41,366 nt of DNA from a virus. Below the pieces are notes generated by a model that saw only the letters and a program-made list of their open reading frames with translations, did no database searches and was not told where the DNA came from. The stretch is from IMG/VR virus record IMGVR_UViG_3300044994_000093. One strand, 5' to 3'. Within the stretch, counting starts at the first letter, position 1. Each line of letters opens with the position of its first letter. Made by a program: the position numbers and the translations under genes. Shown one piece after another: positions 8,091-18,002 of the stretch.

Positions 8091-8606
8091 TTAGGACTCC
8101 GGGCTGAATTGCTCCTCGGTGGTGAATTCTTCGCCGGAGGAATCGTCAGAAGTGTATTCGTCCGGTGTTTCCTCGGGCGATTCTTCCTCACTGGTTTCTT
8201 CTTCGGTCGACTCCTCGTCGTCGAGGGCCTGCTCCACGATGGCAAGCGGCACGATATCGCGGCCTGCATTCAGTACCAGGGCGAACTTGTCACGTAGCAG
8301 GGCCAGGGTTTGCTTCACGTTCAGGCCCAGCTGCTCAGCCAGGTCCTTGACGGTGAAGGTTGCGTCCGGCGTTTCCTGCAGGGATTCTTCCGCCGCCTTT
8401 ACATCCTTGGCCAAGGTTGGTGTCAATTCGCCGTCATATTCAAACACCTCGCCGTGCTTGAATCCCACTGGCTTCTCGATGGTGTACACATGGACGTCGT
8501 CGGTTTTACCCAGGGCGTGGGCGCGATCCGTGTATTGCTTGTCTGTCAGACGAATCCGGCCGCTATTAAGCAAGACAAACGGGCTGGTGACTTCAAACAA
8601 CCGCAT
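8091..8606 (-). CDS. Hypothetical head-module protein with a helix-hairpin-helix-like motif and a strongly acidic Ser/Thr/Glu tail
   Basis: Start moved to ATG 8606 (AAGGAG lies 6 nt upstream). C-terminus reads DDEESTEEETSEEESPEETPDEYTSDDSSGEEFTTEEQFSPES. Confidence 0.7.
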   Translation of the reverse strand: MRLFEVTSPFVLLNSGRIRLTDKQYTDRAHALGKTDDVHVYTIEKPVGFKHGEVFEYDGELTPTLAKDVKAAEESLQETPDATFTVKDLAEQLGLNVKQTLALLRDKFALVLNAGRDIVPLAIVEQALDDEESTEEETSEEESPEETPDEYTSDDSSGEEFTTEEQFSPES

Positions 8607-8618
8607 AAGGCTCTCCTT

Positions 8619-8663
8619 CAAAAACAAAAAATAAGAGGCGGCAGGATTTAAGCCAGACCGCCT
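8619..8663 (-). terminator. Putative intrinsic (attenuating) terminator after the major capsid gene
   Basis: Minus strand reads AGGCGG-16 nt-CCGCCT followed by CTTATTTTTTGTTTTTG. Confidence 0.45.
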
Positions 8664-8679
8664 ACGCTTCGCGTCAGAC

Positions 8680-9633
8680 CTAGATCAGGGTGACATGAAC
8701 GGCTTGCTGCCAGTAGCCATACCCGGCGTTCCGGATAGCCTTGATACCGTATTGGTGCTTGTCCTCGTTGAATTCAAGTTCACTATCTTCGGCAAGGGCT
8801 TTGACTTTGACACCTTCTTCCTCTTGCAGGACAAAAGGCTTGACCTGGCCATCAGTACGAATAACAGTGAATTTATCATTCCATCCAGCGGCCGATAACC
8901 TTGAGCTTGGCTTTACGGTGATACTGAAATCACTATTGGCCAGGGTGTTGTCTTCTCCGCTTGCCAAAACCTTGCTCTTAACAGCTGCATTCGACGGGTT
9001 CAAAAGATTAATGGGCACTGTTACGAGAAAATTATTGGCATTCTCGTTCATCGGTTCGCCCTGATCATCTTTGAACATGAGCATCTGTTGTATACCGGCG
9101 TAAATCGCGTGTACCATTTCACCAGCAGAAGGTGCTGTGATGATGCCATGCTGTGCCGTTGGATATGTTGAAATATCCGCCTCAATTTTATTCGACTGAC
9201 TGCCGCTAATACCCTCAGAGTGATCCGTGTCAAAGAAATACTGACCGTCATAGCACAGGCTGGATGCCCCGTTGACGATTAATTCGATGACCAGCTTTTG
9301 CCAATGTGTTTTGGCCCGTTCCGCTAATTCACGAATACGAACATAGGTTTGACCAGTCTTGTCACGACGCATATCATCAACCAAGACTTCGAGCGTTGCC
9401 TCGAATTTTTTGTTCCAGATGGTGAATCCATTGTCACGGAACCCCTTGGCATGACGTCCGCCGATCCATTCGCGCATAGCAGGAACCATTCCGAGCCACT
9501 TGTAGGTCTCCGACTCCTGGTCACTGTCGAACTTCATCGCAACACTATTCAGCCAGCTTTGGCCAGTATCCTGCTCAAGGGCAAGATAGAACTCCCCGAT
9601 AATCGCCCGCGAGCTTAAACCCTTTGCACCCAT
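8680..9633 (-). CDS. Major capsid protein (Mu gpT-like family)
   Basis: 317 aa. Contains ETYKWLGMVPAMREWIGGRHAKGF and CYDGQYFFDTDH, recalled as hallmarks of the Mu-like major head subunit family. Ends in TAG. Confidence 0.85.
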   Translation of the reverse strand: MGAKGLSSRAIIGEFYLALEQDTGQSWLNSVAMKFDSDQESETYKWLGMVPAMREWIGGRHAKGFRDNGFTIWNKKFEATLEVLVDDMRRDKTGQTYVRIRELAERAKTHWQKLVIELIVNGASSLCYDGQYFFDTDHSEGISGSQSNKIEADISTYPTAQHGIITAPSAGEMVHAIYAGIQQMLMFKDDQGEPMNENANNFLVTVPINLLNPSNAAVKSKVLASGEDNTLANSDFSITVKPSSRLSAAGWNDKFTVIRTDGQVKPFVLQEEEGVKVKALAEDSELEFNEDKHQYGIKAIRNAGYGYWQQAVHVTLI

Positions 9634-9690
9634 AACTTTCTGCTCCTTAACATTGACTGCTTAATTCCTGTTGGCGCTGGTTCCCAGGCG

Positions 9691-10248
9691 CTACGCCAAG
9701 AGTTTGGCCAGCGCGTTGACCTTGGCGGCCAATGAAGCGATGGCGTTGCGTACTTCTGTCTGACTGTAGGTGCCTCCGATAGCCGCAATGGTATCCGATG
9801 CCGTTCCACCGCTGCTGTCGGTCAATGCGCCAATCAAACCCAGGTCGCCCTTGTTGGCGTCAAACGCCACGATGCCGACGCCGGTGCTGATGAACCGATG
9901 CACACGGCCCACGTAACTATTGCTAGTGGCGGTCAGGGTGAACGTGTCGTCGTCGCTTGCATAGACTGGTTTGCCCACATCGGTGATGGCGAGGCTGCCA
10001 ACGCTCAGTTGAACCAAGCCTTCTGTCCGGACTCGAACATTCTTGGCTCCGGCAGCGCCGGTGCTGTTGTCCACGTTGGATTCGGCAAAACCCCGGAAGG
10101 GATCGCCAGCCACCAGCGGGCGGGCATAACCCGAGCCGTTATCACCCACGGCAGCGCCTTCGTAAATGATATCGGTGGCGATGACGGGTAGTTCGTTGAT
10201 GCTGCCCAGTTCAAACGTCCGGGCCTTATCCACTGCTAAGGTAGTCAT
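9691..10248 (-). CDS. Head decoration / cement protein candidate (lambda gpD slot, DUF2190-like) with a helical C-terminal extension
   Basis: 185 aa between the protease/scaffold and capsid genes. Gly/Ala-rich beta-type sequence. Confidence 0.5.
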   Translation of the reverse strand: MTTLAVDKARTFELGSINELPVIATDIIYEGAAVGDNGSGYARPLVAGDPFRGFAESNVDNSTGAAGAKNVRVRTEGLVQLSVGSLAITDVGKPVYASDDDTFTLTATSNSYVGRVHRFISTGVGIVAFDANKGDLGLIGALTDSSGGTASDTIAAIGGTYSQTEVRNAIASLAAKVNALAKLLA

Positions 10249-10296
10249 TCACTTGATCTCCTTGTTTCCAATCACAAAATGCTTGCTTAGACTCGC

Positions 10297-11463
10297 TTAA
10301 GCACGGCCCTTGATTTTGACCAGGCCTTTTTCATCGGCCTTGCAGAACGCCGTGTAGGCTTCCAGCGAACTGAATTCGTTCTGCAGGTCTTTGGAGGTTT
10401 CCCACTCAGCTTTGCAACGCGCATCCAACGGGAGGTTGGGATCGATGGCAGCGGCTTTGTCCTCAGCCTTGGCGGCATTGACCGGTGTAAATTTCACAGC
10501 GGAGGGCGCGTCAGCCTCAATGGCTTGCATGGTGGTTTTGCCAAGAGCTTTCTCGGCGGCCACAATTTTGAGGGCAGCCTGCTCCGGTGATGTCACGCCG
10601 TCGTACATGAGCTCCTGCACCAGGGCGTCATGCCCGGCCAGCATCTGCTCGGATACGCCTTTGATGCGGGCGCGTTCTGATTCGGCGCCCTCTTTTTTTG
10701 CTTGCGCCTGGATGTCTTTCAGCAGGTCCGGCGCCTTTTCCTGCAATAGCTGCATGGTGATTTCCACGGGGGGTTCTCCTTTCTGATTAACAGGGATGTG
10801 AGCCGTGTTTTCAGGCTCGATGGAGGCAGGCGCAGGCCGTGCCACGCTTGTGAGTGCGGCCAATTGTGGCGGCACGTTCTGGAACTTGGATGCGTCAAAA
10901 TGCGCGATAGCGGCCATGGGAACCGATTCGGAGACCACGTCCACAAAGCCGTTGGCCTTGGCTTCCTGGGCGGTCATCCAGGTTTCATCGCTCATCATCT
11001 GAGCGATAGTGGTACGGTCAAGGCTCGTCTTACGCTGGTAAGCATTAAGGGCCGTCTCTTTGACTTTCTGCAGGAGCTCCACCGCCTTGAGCATGTCGTT
11101 CTCGTTGCCGACAGCCACCGTCAGCGGGTCGTGGATCATGAATAGCGCATTATCCGGCATGGTGATGGTATCCGCCGCCATGACGATGACGCTGGCAATG
11201 GATGCAGCCAGGCCGTCAATGCGTGCATTCACCTTGGCCTTGTGATTCAAAAGCAGGCTATAAATGGCCTGGCCATCGAACACGGCGCCACCTGGGCTGT
11301 TGATAAACAGGTTGATGGTGTCCAGGTCACCCAGGGCCTTCAGGTCCTCGGCAAAGCGCTTGGCGGATATGCCATCTCCCCACCAGTTCTCACCAATCTG
11401 GTCGTAAATATAGATATCGGCCGTCTTCTCACCATTGGCCTTCATTGAAAACCATTTATGCAT
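10297..11463 (-). CDS. Prohead serine protease (ClpP / S14-type) fused to a scaffold-like coiled-coil C-terminal half
   Basis: IYIYDQIGENWWGDGISA...INSPGGAVFDGQAIY...ASIASVI is the ClpP-type phage protease pattern. Start is ATG 11463 or 11445; the longer upstream ORF extension overlaps the portal gene. Confidence 0.8.
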   Translation of the reverse strand: MHKWFSMKANGEKTADIYIYDQIGENWWGDGISAKRFAEDLKALGDLDTINLFINSPGGAVFDGQAIYSLLLNHKAKVNARIDGLAASIASVIVMAADTITMPDNALFMIHDPLTVAVGNENDMLKAVELLQKVKETALNAYQRKTSLDRTTIAQMMSDETWMTAQEAKANGFVDVVSESVPMAAIAHFDASKFQNVPPQLAALTSVARPAPASIEPENTAHIPVNQKGEPPVEITMQLLQEKAPDLLKDIQAQAKKEGAESERARIKGVSEQMLAGHDALVQELMYDGVTSPEQAALKIVAAEKALGKTTMQAIEADAPSAVKFTPVNAAKAEDKAAAIDPNLPLDARCKAEWETSKDLQNEFSSLEAYTAFCKADEKGLVKIKGRA

Positions 11464-13024
11464 CGGGGTTCTGAGCCTCCTGATCTGGACTGGTTGTGTT
11501 TGTGGGCTGCGCATTCAGCCCGGCAGCCTCACGCATCTCGTGCTCCTTCACGCGCTGGGCGTGGATCTCTTCCCAGCTCAAACCGGAGTAGGCTGCCGTC
11601 TCTTCGGTTAGTGTGGATATCCCCATATCCACCCGGAGCTCGGCGGCTTTGACTTCCTTGAGCTCGTCAATCTGTCCTTTGGCCGGGCCAATCCACAGCG
11701 CTCTGGCATACGCTGCACGAATGGCCGGGTCCTTTAGAAAACCGGGGGCGCTCAGACGACCGGTGGCAACAGCCTCGGTCAGCCAGGCTTCATAAATCGG
11801 TTGGCAGAAGTTCTCGGCCAGCCATGAACGACGGGCCTGGAAAAACTTCCACGCTTCCAGCAAGGCGGCCCGCGCTGCTGAATACGAGGCGGTAAAGTGT
11901 TTGACCAGCAATTCAAAGGGCAATTCCAAACCCACGCCAATCTGACGCAACACGGCCATCACGAAGGGATCGAACTTCTCGTTGGGACGCCCAGGATTGG
12001 TGGTTTCAATGGATTCATTGGGGGCCAGGCGGAGCATTGCTGCCGGGCCGAGTTTGAAATCCTTGTCCGACGTTTTGCCGCCCACTTCCTCGGCAGGCTG
12101 GAAACCGCCCAGTTCACTCTCGGACTTGATAAACACGGTGAATAACGAGCTGACCACAGCCGCCATCACCTCGGCGTCGGTGTAATCGCCCAGCTGCTTG
12201 AGTGGTTGAATCACTGGCGCCAGATCCGGAATACCCCGACACTGGTTGATGCGAAGCTGCCGGAATAAATGGAGCACATTCCGACGGCCTGTACGCTCGC
12301 CAAAGGCCGGTATTCTCGTCCAGGTCATTGCCCATCCACTGAACCCGCCCGGGTGCTTGTCGGAGATGTGGTAGGCCACCGGTGCGCCATATGGGTTCAG
12401 CTCAACGCCGCCACAGAGGTCATCGGTGTCTGCCTGGCGGTTAGGATTAGAAACCCGATCCGCCTCGATCAGCTGGATGGCCAGCCGATAGGTCACAGGG
12501 ACGTTCGGCTTCCACATGGTCATCAAGGCGAACACGTCGCCATTTTCCAGCACGGAGCGAAAAGCCAGATCCTGCATGTCGTAAAAATTGACGGTCCTGG
12601 CAAGGTCACACTCTTTCTGCATCGCCCAGAGGCGGAACTCACGCTCGGCGTTCTTTTCCCAGGCGTCGGCCTGTTCTGGCGTCAAACCCAGATATTCGTG
12701 GTCTATCCAGCTTTGCAGTCGAAGGCCTGAGCCGACGACGTTTGTGACCTTGGTATTAATCGCACCAGCGGCCAGCGGGTTGTTTCGTATGAGATCCCGA
12801 GAGCGTGCCCGCAGTGTCGGCAAGTCCGGCACGCTGGCGGCATTGGCGCTGCTGTCCCGATAATCCCACGACGATAGCGCCCGGCTTTTGCGCGATGCGC
12901 CTTTGTACCCGCCGCCGGTCATCTGCAGAATCAATCGATTCCGTTTGCGCTCGACGCCCAGCGCCGGGTTAAAAAACTCGATCACCCGATCAAGAACATT
13001 GCTTTCGATCTGTGGCAGTCTCAT
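11456..13024 (-). CDS. Portal protein, lambda family
   Basis: 522 aa. Contains LRARSRDLIRNNPLAAGAINTKVTNVVGSGL. Positioned after gpW and TerL. Confidence 0.85.
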   Translation of the reverse strand: MRLPQIESNVLDRVIEFFNPALGVERKRNRLILQMTGGGYKGASRKSRALSSWDYRDSSANAASVPDLPTLRARSRDLIRNNPLAAGAINTKVTNVVGSGLRLQSWIDHEYLGLTPEQADAWEKNAEREFRLWAMQKECDLARTVNFYDMQDLAFRSVLENGDVFALMTMWKPNVPVTYRLAIQLIEADRVSNPNRQADTDDLCGGVELNPYGAPVAYHISDKHPGGFSGWAMTWTRIPAFGERTGRRNVLHLFRQLRINQCRGIPDLAPVIQPLKQLGDYTDAEVMAAVVSSLFTVFIKSESELGGFQPAEEVGGKTSDKDFKLGPAAMLRLAPNESIETTNPGRPNEKFDPFVMAVLRQIGVGLELPFELLVKHFTASYSAARAALLEAWKFFQARRSWLAENFCQPIYEAWLTEAVATGRLSAPGFLKDPAIRAAYARALWIGPAKGQIDELKEVKAAELRVDMGISTLTEETAAYSGLSWEEIHAQRVKEHEMREAAGLNAQPTNTTSPDQEAQNPDA

Positions 13025-13233
13025 AGTACGGGTGTGACTCCGCGCACCTGGATGCCACCGGCCGCCTCACGAGAGGCCAGCGAGCGGTAGTGCTTTTCAA
13101 GCTCCAGCAATTCCTTGAGGTTGGCTCGGGTCAGGGAACGGTTGCCAATTGAGTAGGATTGAGCACCGCCCAGGATGGCAGAGATTGCCGCCTGGACCTC
13201 TTCGGCCATTTCTGCATAGGATTTCAAGGCCAC
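13021..13233 (-). CDS. Head-tail joining protein gpW-like
   Basis: 70 aa between TerL and the portal gene, the same size and position as lambda W. Confidence 0.7.
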   Translation of the reverse strand: MALKSYAEMAEEVQAAISAILGGAQSYSIGNRSLTRANLKELLELEKHYRSLASREAAGGIQVRGVTPVL

Positions 13234-13314
13234 GGATAGACCCTCTAGTCATTGGATAGCCCTGATTAAATCAGTTTTAACGTGCCGCTTGTTGAGTCAC
13301 GCCATACGTGCCGA

Positions 13315-15222
13315 TTACAGCTCAACGCCTCGCGATACCACCCGTTTAAAAGTGACGGGTGCTTTTTGGTTCTCAGGTTCTGGCGGCTTGAGTCGCTCGG
13401 CCCAGGCCTCGAAATTCGGATTCAGCATTTTCATCGCCGCCAAGGCGTACACGTTGACGTCCAGCGCCTCGTTTCGGGCTCTGGTTTTTTCCCAAACCCG
13501 GTAGGCAAAGCCCTTGGAAAATTTAATCTTGGCCTGCTCGGCGGTCAGCTGGGAAAAATATTCGGCATCGTAGTCGTCCGGAAAATGGTAATACCCTGGG
13601 CCAGGTTCCGGCATGCGCAGCCGGGCATAAATCATATCCTTGGCCGTATCGACGCCGATATGCACCAGGTCGACATCCCTGCGATCCTTGCCTTTACGCT
13701 TGGCGCTGACGCGTTTGACGATGGGCCGCCCGGCTCCATCCTGGCCGTTGATGGCGTAAATCCGTCGGCCTTGCCGTGGGCGGACGTAGTCATACACCAT
13801 CTGCGTCTGGTACTTGGCATCAATAAACACCGAGGCGATGGTTAAATCGTGGCCGTTCTCGTGGCGGAAGCGTGTGCCCAGGTAATCGTCCAACGCCTGC
13901 CACACATCGCCCTGTGAGGTATCCCCATAGAATATCCGGTACTCGATGCCCCAGCTTTCCTCGGCAATGCCCCAGCCGCGTACCTCACATTCAATCCGAT
14001 CGGCCTGAATGTCGACGCCTGCCGTCAATACCAGAGCACCGGCTGGCACCTCGGCATCGTATGTTTCCCGGCGCTGGGCCAGCCAGTTCTCGTCGACCGT
14101 CTCGCCTTTTTCTTCCCAGGTTTCGCCCAGTACCGTGTTGACGAACACCCGCAGCGTGACCGGGTCCTTTTTGGCTTCCACAAATTCGGCGGCGATATTG
14201 CCCCAGCTGGCGTTGGCGAATACTGAATACCCAGCCCAGATAAAGAAGCTGGCATGGCCGTTGAATTCAGCATGGGCAATCCACTGGCCCTGCTCCAGCA
14301 TCCTTACCTTCTGCTTCTCTTCGATGATGCAGCCGGTGGAGCACTCAAAATATGCCTCGTGGGGTTTGCCCTCCGGCCAGCGCAGCACGGCCTGAGAGTA
14401 TCCCAGGTGTTTCTTTTTGTCGTTGAACTCCAGCGTCTGCATCACGCCGCAGTGGGGGCACGGCACATAAAAATGGCGCTGGTCGCCTGCGAGGAATTCT
14501 CGCTCAATCCGGCTGACGCCTTTGATGGTGGGTGTTGAGCCTTTAAGAAACAGGGCATTATCAAAGGTTTGCGCCCGCTTTTTACCCAGAGCGATCTGGT
14601 CGCCCTCGTCGCCTGCGCCCTCAACCGGGTAGCCGTCCACCTCGTCGAACAGCACAACCCGCACCGTAATCCGGCGGAAGCCTCGCGGGCTGTTGGCCCC
14701 CACAAAATAGAGCTTACCGCCAGGAAATGACTTGGACTGGATGGTTTGCTCCTGGTCTTTGACCGGTTTTTCCTTCTCCGACTTGACGAGATCCTGACGG
14801 CTGGCTTTCGTGAATAATTCCGCCAGGACAGGCGTGTCCCGAATCATTGGGTCGAATTCATCCTTGGAATACCCCTTGGCATCCTCGATGGTGGGCTGAA
14901 CCATCAGAATGGGTGACGGGTCCTGGTGGATGAAGTAGGCAATGGCATGGTCGATGATTTTGGTATAGCCGACGCGGGCGGATTTCATTACCGAGATTTC
15001 CCGCACGGTGGGATCGGTGACCGCATCCATGATGCCCACCTGGTACGGGATATTGTGCCACTTGCCTGGGGTTGCCGAGTTTTCCGGGCTTAGATAGGCG
15101 TACTTTTCTGCCCAGTCTGAGAGTGTGAGTTTTTCCGGAGGTTTCAGGGCCTTAAGGGATTTCCGGACGACGTTCAGCAGGCCCGGATGCCAATCTCTAT
15201 ATAGTTGTTTTTGAGAGCTCAT
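13315..15222 (-). CDS. terL: Terminase large subunit (lambda GpA family)
   Basis: 635 aa, long GpA-type architecture. Overlaps the TerS 3' end. Confidence 0.85.
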   Translation of the reverse strand: MSSQKQLYRDWHPGLLNVVRKSLKALKPPEKLTLSDWAEKYAYLSPENSATPGKWHNIPYQVGIMDAVTDPTVREISVMKSARVGYTKIIDHAIAYFIHQDPSPILMVQPTIEDAKGYSKDEFDPMIRDTPVLAELFTKASRQDLVKSEKEKPVKDQEQTIQSKSFPGGKLYFVGANSPRGFRRITVRVVLFDEVDGYPVEGAGDEGDQIALGKKRAQTFDNALFLKGSTPTIKGVSRIEREFLAGDQRHFYVPCPHCGVMQTLEFNDKKKHLGYSQAVLRWPEGKPHEAYFECSTGCIIEEKQKVRMLEQGQWIAHAEFNGHASFFIWAGYSVFANASWGNIAAEFVEAKKDPVTLRVFVNTVLGETWEEKGETVDENWLAQRRETYDAEVPAGALVLTAGVDIQADRIECEVRGWGIAEESWGIEYRIFYGDTSQGDVWQALDDYLGTRFRHENGHDLTIASVFIDAKYQTQMVYDYVRPRQGRRIYAINGQDGAGRPIVKRVSAKRKGKDRRDVDLVHIGVDTAKDMIYARLRMPEPGPGYYHFPDDYDAEYFSQLTAEQAKIKFSKGFAYRVWEKTRARNEALDVNVYALAAMKMLNPNFEAWAERLKPPEPENQKAPVTFKRVVSRGVEL

Positions 15223-15664
15223 CGAGCACCTCGTGCGCCATATTTTTAAGCTGCTGGCGCATTTCTTTTAAGCTATCGATGCCAAGTAGTTTATGAGACC
15301 AATCCTGGGAGATGCTATTCACTTTAGATTTCAGGTTGGCCATCAGGGTGAGCCACATGTCTTCCACTTCTGAGACCGGCACCAGAAGGCCTTCAATCTG
15401 TGCCGTTCGCAATTCTTCCCGTTTGGCTTTGGCCTCGGTCATCCGGACCTGGGCCGCATAGAGATCGGCTTTGGTTTTGCCGCCTTCCGGAGAGTGCTCT
15501 TTGTTCAGATTCTGCAGGTACTTGATGTAGCCCTGAACAGACGGCAGTAGCTCATACTGGCCTTGTTTGGCTTTGGGGATAATCCCTTCCTTGGCCAGCT
15601 GCTGAACGCGCCGCTCAGACACACAAAGCAGCTTGGCCATTTGGGAAAGGGAGATTACTGACAT
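15197..15664 (-). CDS. terS: Terminase small subunit (Nu1-like winged HTH)
   Basis: 155 aa. N-terminal HTH LSQMAKLLCVSERRVQQLAKEGIIP, then a coiled coil. Directly upstream of TerL. Confidence 0.75.
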   Translation of the reverse strand: MSVISLSQMAKLLCVSERRVQQLAKEGIIPKAKQGQYELLPSVQGYIKYLQNLNKEHSPEGGKTKADLYAAQVRMTEAKAKREELRTAQIEGLLVPVSEVEDMWLTLMANLKSKVNSISQDWSHKLLGIDSLKEMRQQLKNMAHEVLDELSKTTI

Positions 15665-16890
15665 TAGGCAGCAACGCTATCCCCGTTTTTGGTAATCGTT
15701 AAGTCCGGGAATAAATCGCGCATCCGGGAAACGATGACGTCGCAGTACTTCGGGTCAAGCTCGATGAGCCTTGCTCTGCGGCCCTGCATATGTGCGGCCA
15801 CCATGGTCGAACCGGAACAACCAAAACCATCAAAGACAATCTCACCAGGCTGGCTGCTGTTCTGGATAGCCTTTTCAACCAGCGCAATAGGCTTCATGGT
15901 TGGATGAACACCATTTCTCATCGGCTTGGGAAAATCCCACACGCTCGCTTGATTTCTTCCACCATACCAACGATGAGGGCCACCAGGCTTCCACCCGTAA
16001 AGTATGGGTTCGTGCTGATACTGGTAATCCATTCGCCCCAAAACAATGGAGTTTTTAACCCAGATAAGACACTGCTTAAGCTCCCACTTGGTTCTGACCA
16101 AGGCCGTTCGAAACGCGTGCCACTCGGAGTCGGCATGGCAGACATAGATGCCGCCACCAACAACCGTATAGAGCCTGGCAGATAAATAAAACGCTGACAG
16201 AAATTTCATAAAACTGCTGGCGTCCATTTTGTCGTTCATAATAGTCAGCTTCTCATCGGTCCCGCCCTCATAAGCCACATTGTAGGGTGGGTCTGTAAAT
16301 ACCATTTGCGCTTTTTCATCCCCGAACAGGGCCTTATAGGTATCGAGCTGCGTCGAGTCGCCGCAGATAAGACGATGCGGTCCTATCTGGTAGATATCGC
16401 CAGGTTTGCTGATTGGCTTTTTTGGGGGCTCCGGAACCCGTTCATCGATATCGTCCGGAATATCCAAGATGGGCGTTAATTCGGCTTCAACACCAGCCAC
16501 CAGGCTGGCCAGCTCGTCAGAGCTAAAGCCGAGCATCTCGATGGAATAGCCTTGAGAATCAAGCTTCTGGATTTCATCCGACAAACCCTCCAGATTCCAG
16601 CCTGCCAGTTCTCCCAGCTTGTTATCAGCCAGGCGATAAGCATCGATATCGACTTGCGCCATATCCGAGGCGACGTGTACCGGAACCTTTTCCAGTCCCA
16701 GCTTTAACGCTGCGTGATAACGTACGTGTCCCACAATGATGATATTGGCACTATCGACTACAATCGGTTGGCGGAATCCGAATCGCTTAATTGACTCAGC
16801 AACGTGTGCCACCGCCGATTCAATTTCTCTGGGGTTATTTTCATAAGGCTTAATATCACCAAGCTTCATTTCAATAATTTTCACAACCAT
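15664..16890 (-). CDS. ParB-like nuclease domain fused to a DNA methyltransferase (DPPY motif; N6-adenine or N4-cytosine)
   Basis: 408 aa. ParB-type N-terminus (KPYENNPR...IIVGHVRYHAALKLG), motif IV FTDPPYNV, and a C-terminal SAM-binding motif FDGFGCSGST. Confidence 0.85.
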   Translation of the reverse strand: MVVKIIEMKLGDIKPYENNPREIESAVAHVAESIKRFGFRQPIVVDSANIIIVGHVRYHAALKLGLEKVPVHVASDMAQVDIDAYRLADNKLGELAGWNLEGLSDEIQKLDSQGYSIEMLGFSSDELASLVAGVEAELTPILDIPDDIDERVPEPPKKPISKPGDIYQIGPHRLICGDSTQLDTYKALFGDEKAQMVFTDPPYNVAYEGGTDEKLTIMNDKMDASSFMKFLSAFYLSARLYTVVGGGIYVCHADSEWHAFRTALVRTKWELKQCLIWVKNSIVLGRMDYQYQHEPILYGWKPGGPHRWYGGRNQASVWDFPKPMRNGVHPTMKPIALVEKAIQNSSQPGEIVFDGFGCSGSTMVAAHMQGRRARLIELDPKYCDVIVSRMRDLFPDLTITKNGDSVAA

Positions 16891-16908
16891 CCTCCGTTAT
16901 TTAAATAA

Positions 16909-17235
16909 CTAACACACTGAGATGACAGAGAGCGGATGCAACTTAGCGGTTTGGCATAGCTTGGCAACAAACCGCAAGGCTCCCTCGTAGGAGCCAAAGC
17001 CATTCTCTGGATTAAGTTTTTTATGAAGCTCAGGGTTTTGTATAAAATGCCTGACAGCTAATTGCAGCAAAGGATATGCCTGCTCTCCTGTTTGATTGTG
17101 TAATCCACTGATACCACCGCCGCCTGGGATAGCCGCGTAAAACATAGGGGCGCAGTTGTATGTGTAGCTGAAGCGAGCAATTTCGACAGATCGTCCTGCG
17201 CCGGTATCAATCTCAAAACTGACGTCGTAGCTCAT
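16909..17235 (-). CDS. Hypothetical protein
   Basis: Start chosen at ATG 17235 (AAGAGGG lies 9 nt upstream). The longer track ORF extension is hydrophobic and looks like junk. ATG 17286 is an alternative start. Confidence 0.5.
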   Translation of the reverse strand: MSYDVSFEIDTGAGRSVEIARFSYTYNCAPMFYAAIPGGGGISGLHNQTGEQAYPLLQLAVRHFIQNPELHKKLNPENGFGSYEGALRFVAKLCQTAKLHPLSVISVC

Positions 17236-17326
17236 CGTATCCGCCCTCTTCGTTGCAGAGAAGTAATAAGAGCACCGGTTAGCCATCCCGACGTAAAACA
17301 ACAAATAAAAAAAAGGGTTTCCAGCA

Positions 17327-17521
17327 CTACTCATCCTCCGATTGTTCAGGCTTTTTATATGTGATGATGATTTCACTTTCCAAGACCGTATCCTTACCCA
17401 CGACCAGTTTTTTTAAATGCTCGGTTTTCTGCTTGTCTCTATCACGACAATGTTTTTCAAATTCATCTGATAAGTTCCCGGATTGTAGACTGCTTGGGGT
17501 GGCTTGGTCGTTAGTGGTCAT
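17327..17521 (-). CDS. Hypothetical protein (64 aa)
   Basis: ORF in operon context. No recognisable motif. Confidence 0.45.
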   Translation of the reverse strand: MTTNDQATPSSLQSGNLSDEFEKHCRDRDKQKTEHLKKLVVGKDTVLESEIIITYKKPEQSEDE

Positions 17522-17522
17522 T

Positions 17523-18002
17523 TCAACTTCCTTCTGAATCTTTCATAAAAACTATCCAGTGTGTTTTGCCGTTTTTACCCGTCATTTGGCCTAATAGCGG
17601 TTTTTGATCGGTTAGTTTTATCACTTCAGATACTTTGATATCTGTCTCGTTCCATTTAAATATTAGAGTTCCATTGGGTTTCAGCACCCTGAAACACTCC
17701 CGAAATCCTGCGGTTAATAAAGGCGTAAAATCAGCTGGTAATTTCCCATATTTTTTAACCAGCCATGAATTTCTACCCACCTTCACGAGGTGGGGTGGAT
17801 CAAAGACAACCATATGAAATGAATCATCTTGAAATGGAAGATTTGTAAAATCGCAAACCGTATCAGGGGACACTGTAAATATGCGTCCATCGCAGAGGGT
17901 TTGTGATTCGTGGCGGATATCGCAGAAATGAACCAAGGGGTTAGTTTTATTAAAATAAAACATCTTTCCGCCACAGCAAACATCTAGTACTGTTTTAGAC
18001 AT
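17523..18002 (-). CDS. Small SAM-dependent (DNA) methyltransferase, DPPH motif
   Basis: Motif I VLDVCCGG and motif IV VVFDPPHL. ATG 18002 overlaps the upstream TGA (TGATG). Confidence 0.7.
   Translation of the reverse strand: MSKTVLDVCCGGKMFYFNKTNPLVHFCDIRHESQTLCDGRIFTVSPDTVCDFTNLPFQDDSFHMVVFDPPHLVKVGRNSWLVKKYGKLPADFTPLLTAGFRECFRVLKPNGTLIFKWNETDIKVSEVIKLTDQKPLLGQMTGKNGKTHWIVFMKDSEGS

Noticed and set aside
8119-8634. Serine-rich 171-aa plus-strand ORF, and similarly 23839..24213.
   Set aside because: They are the reverse-complement reading of GAA/GAC/TCx-rich acidic tracts in the minus-strand genes. They have no independent signals.
13262-13313. Palindrome CTGATTAAATCAG and a duplicated ACGTGCCG between terL and gpW, considered as a possible cos or regulatory site.
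   Set aside because: These are short motifs that could occur by chance. In lambda-type phages cos is expected upstream of terS, not downstream of terL. There is nothing further to support it.
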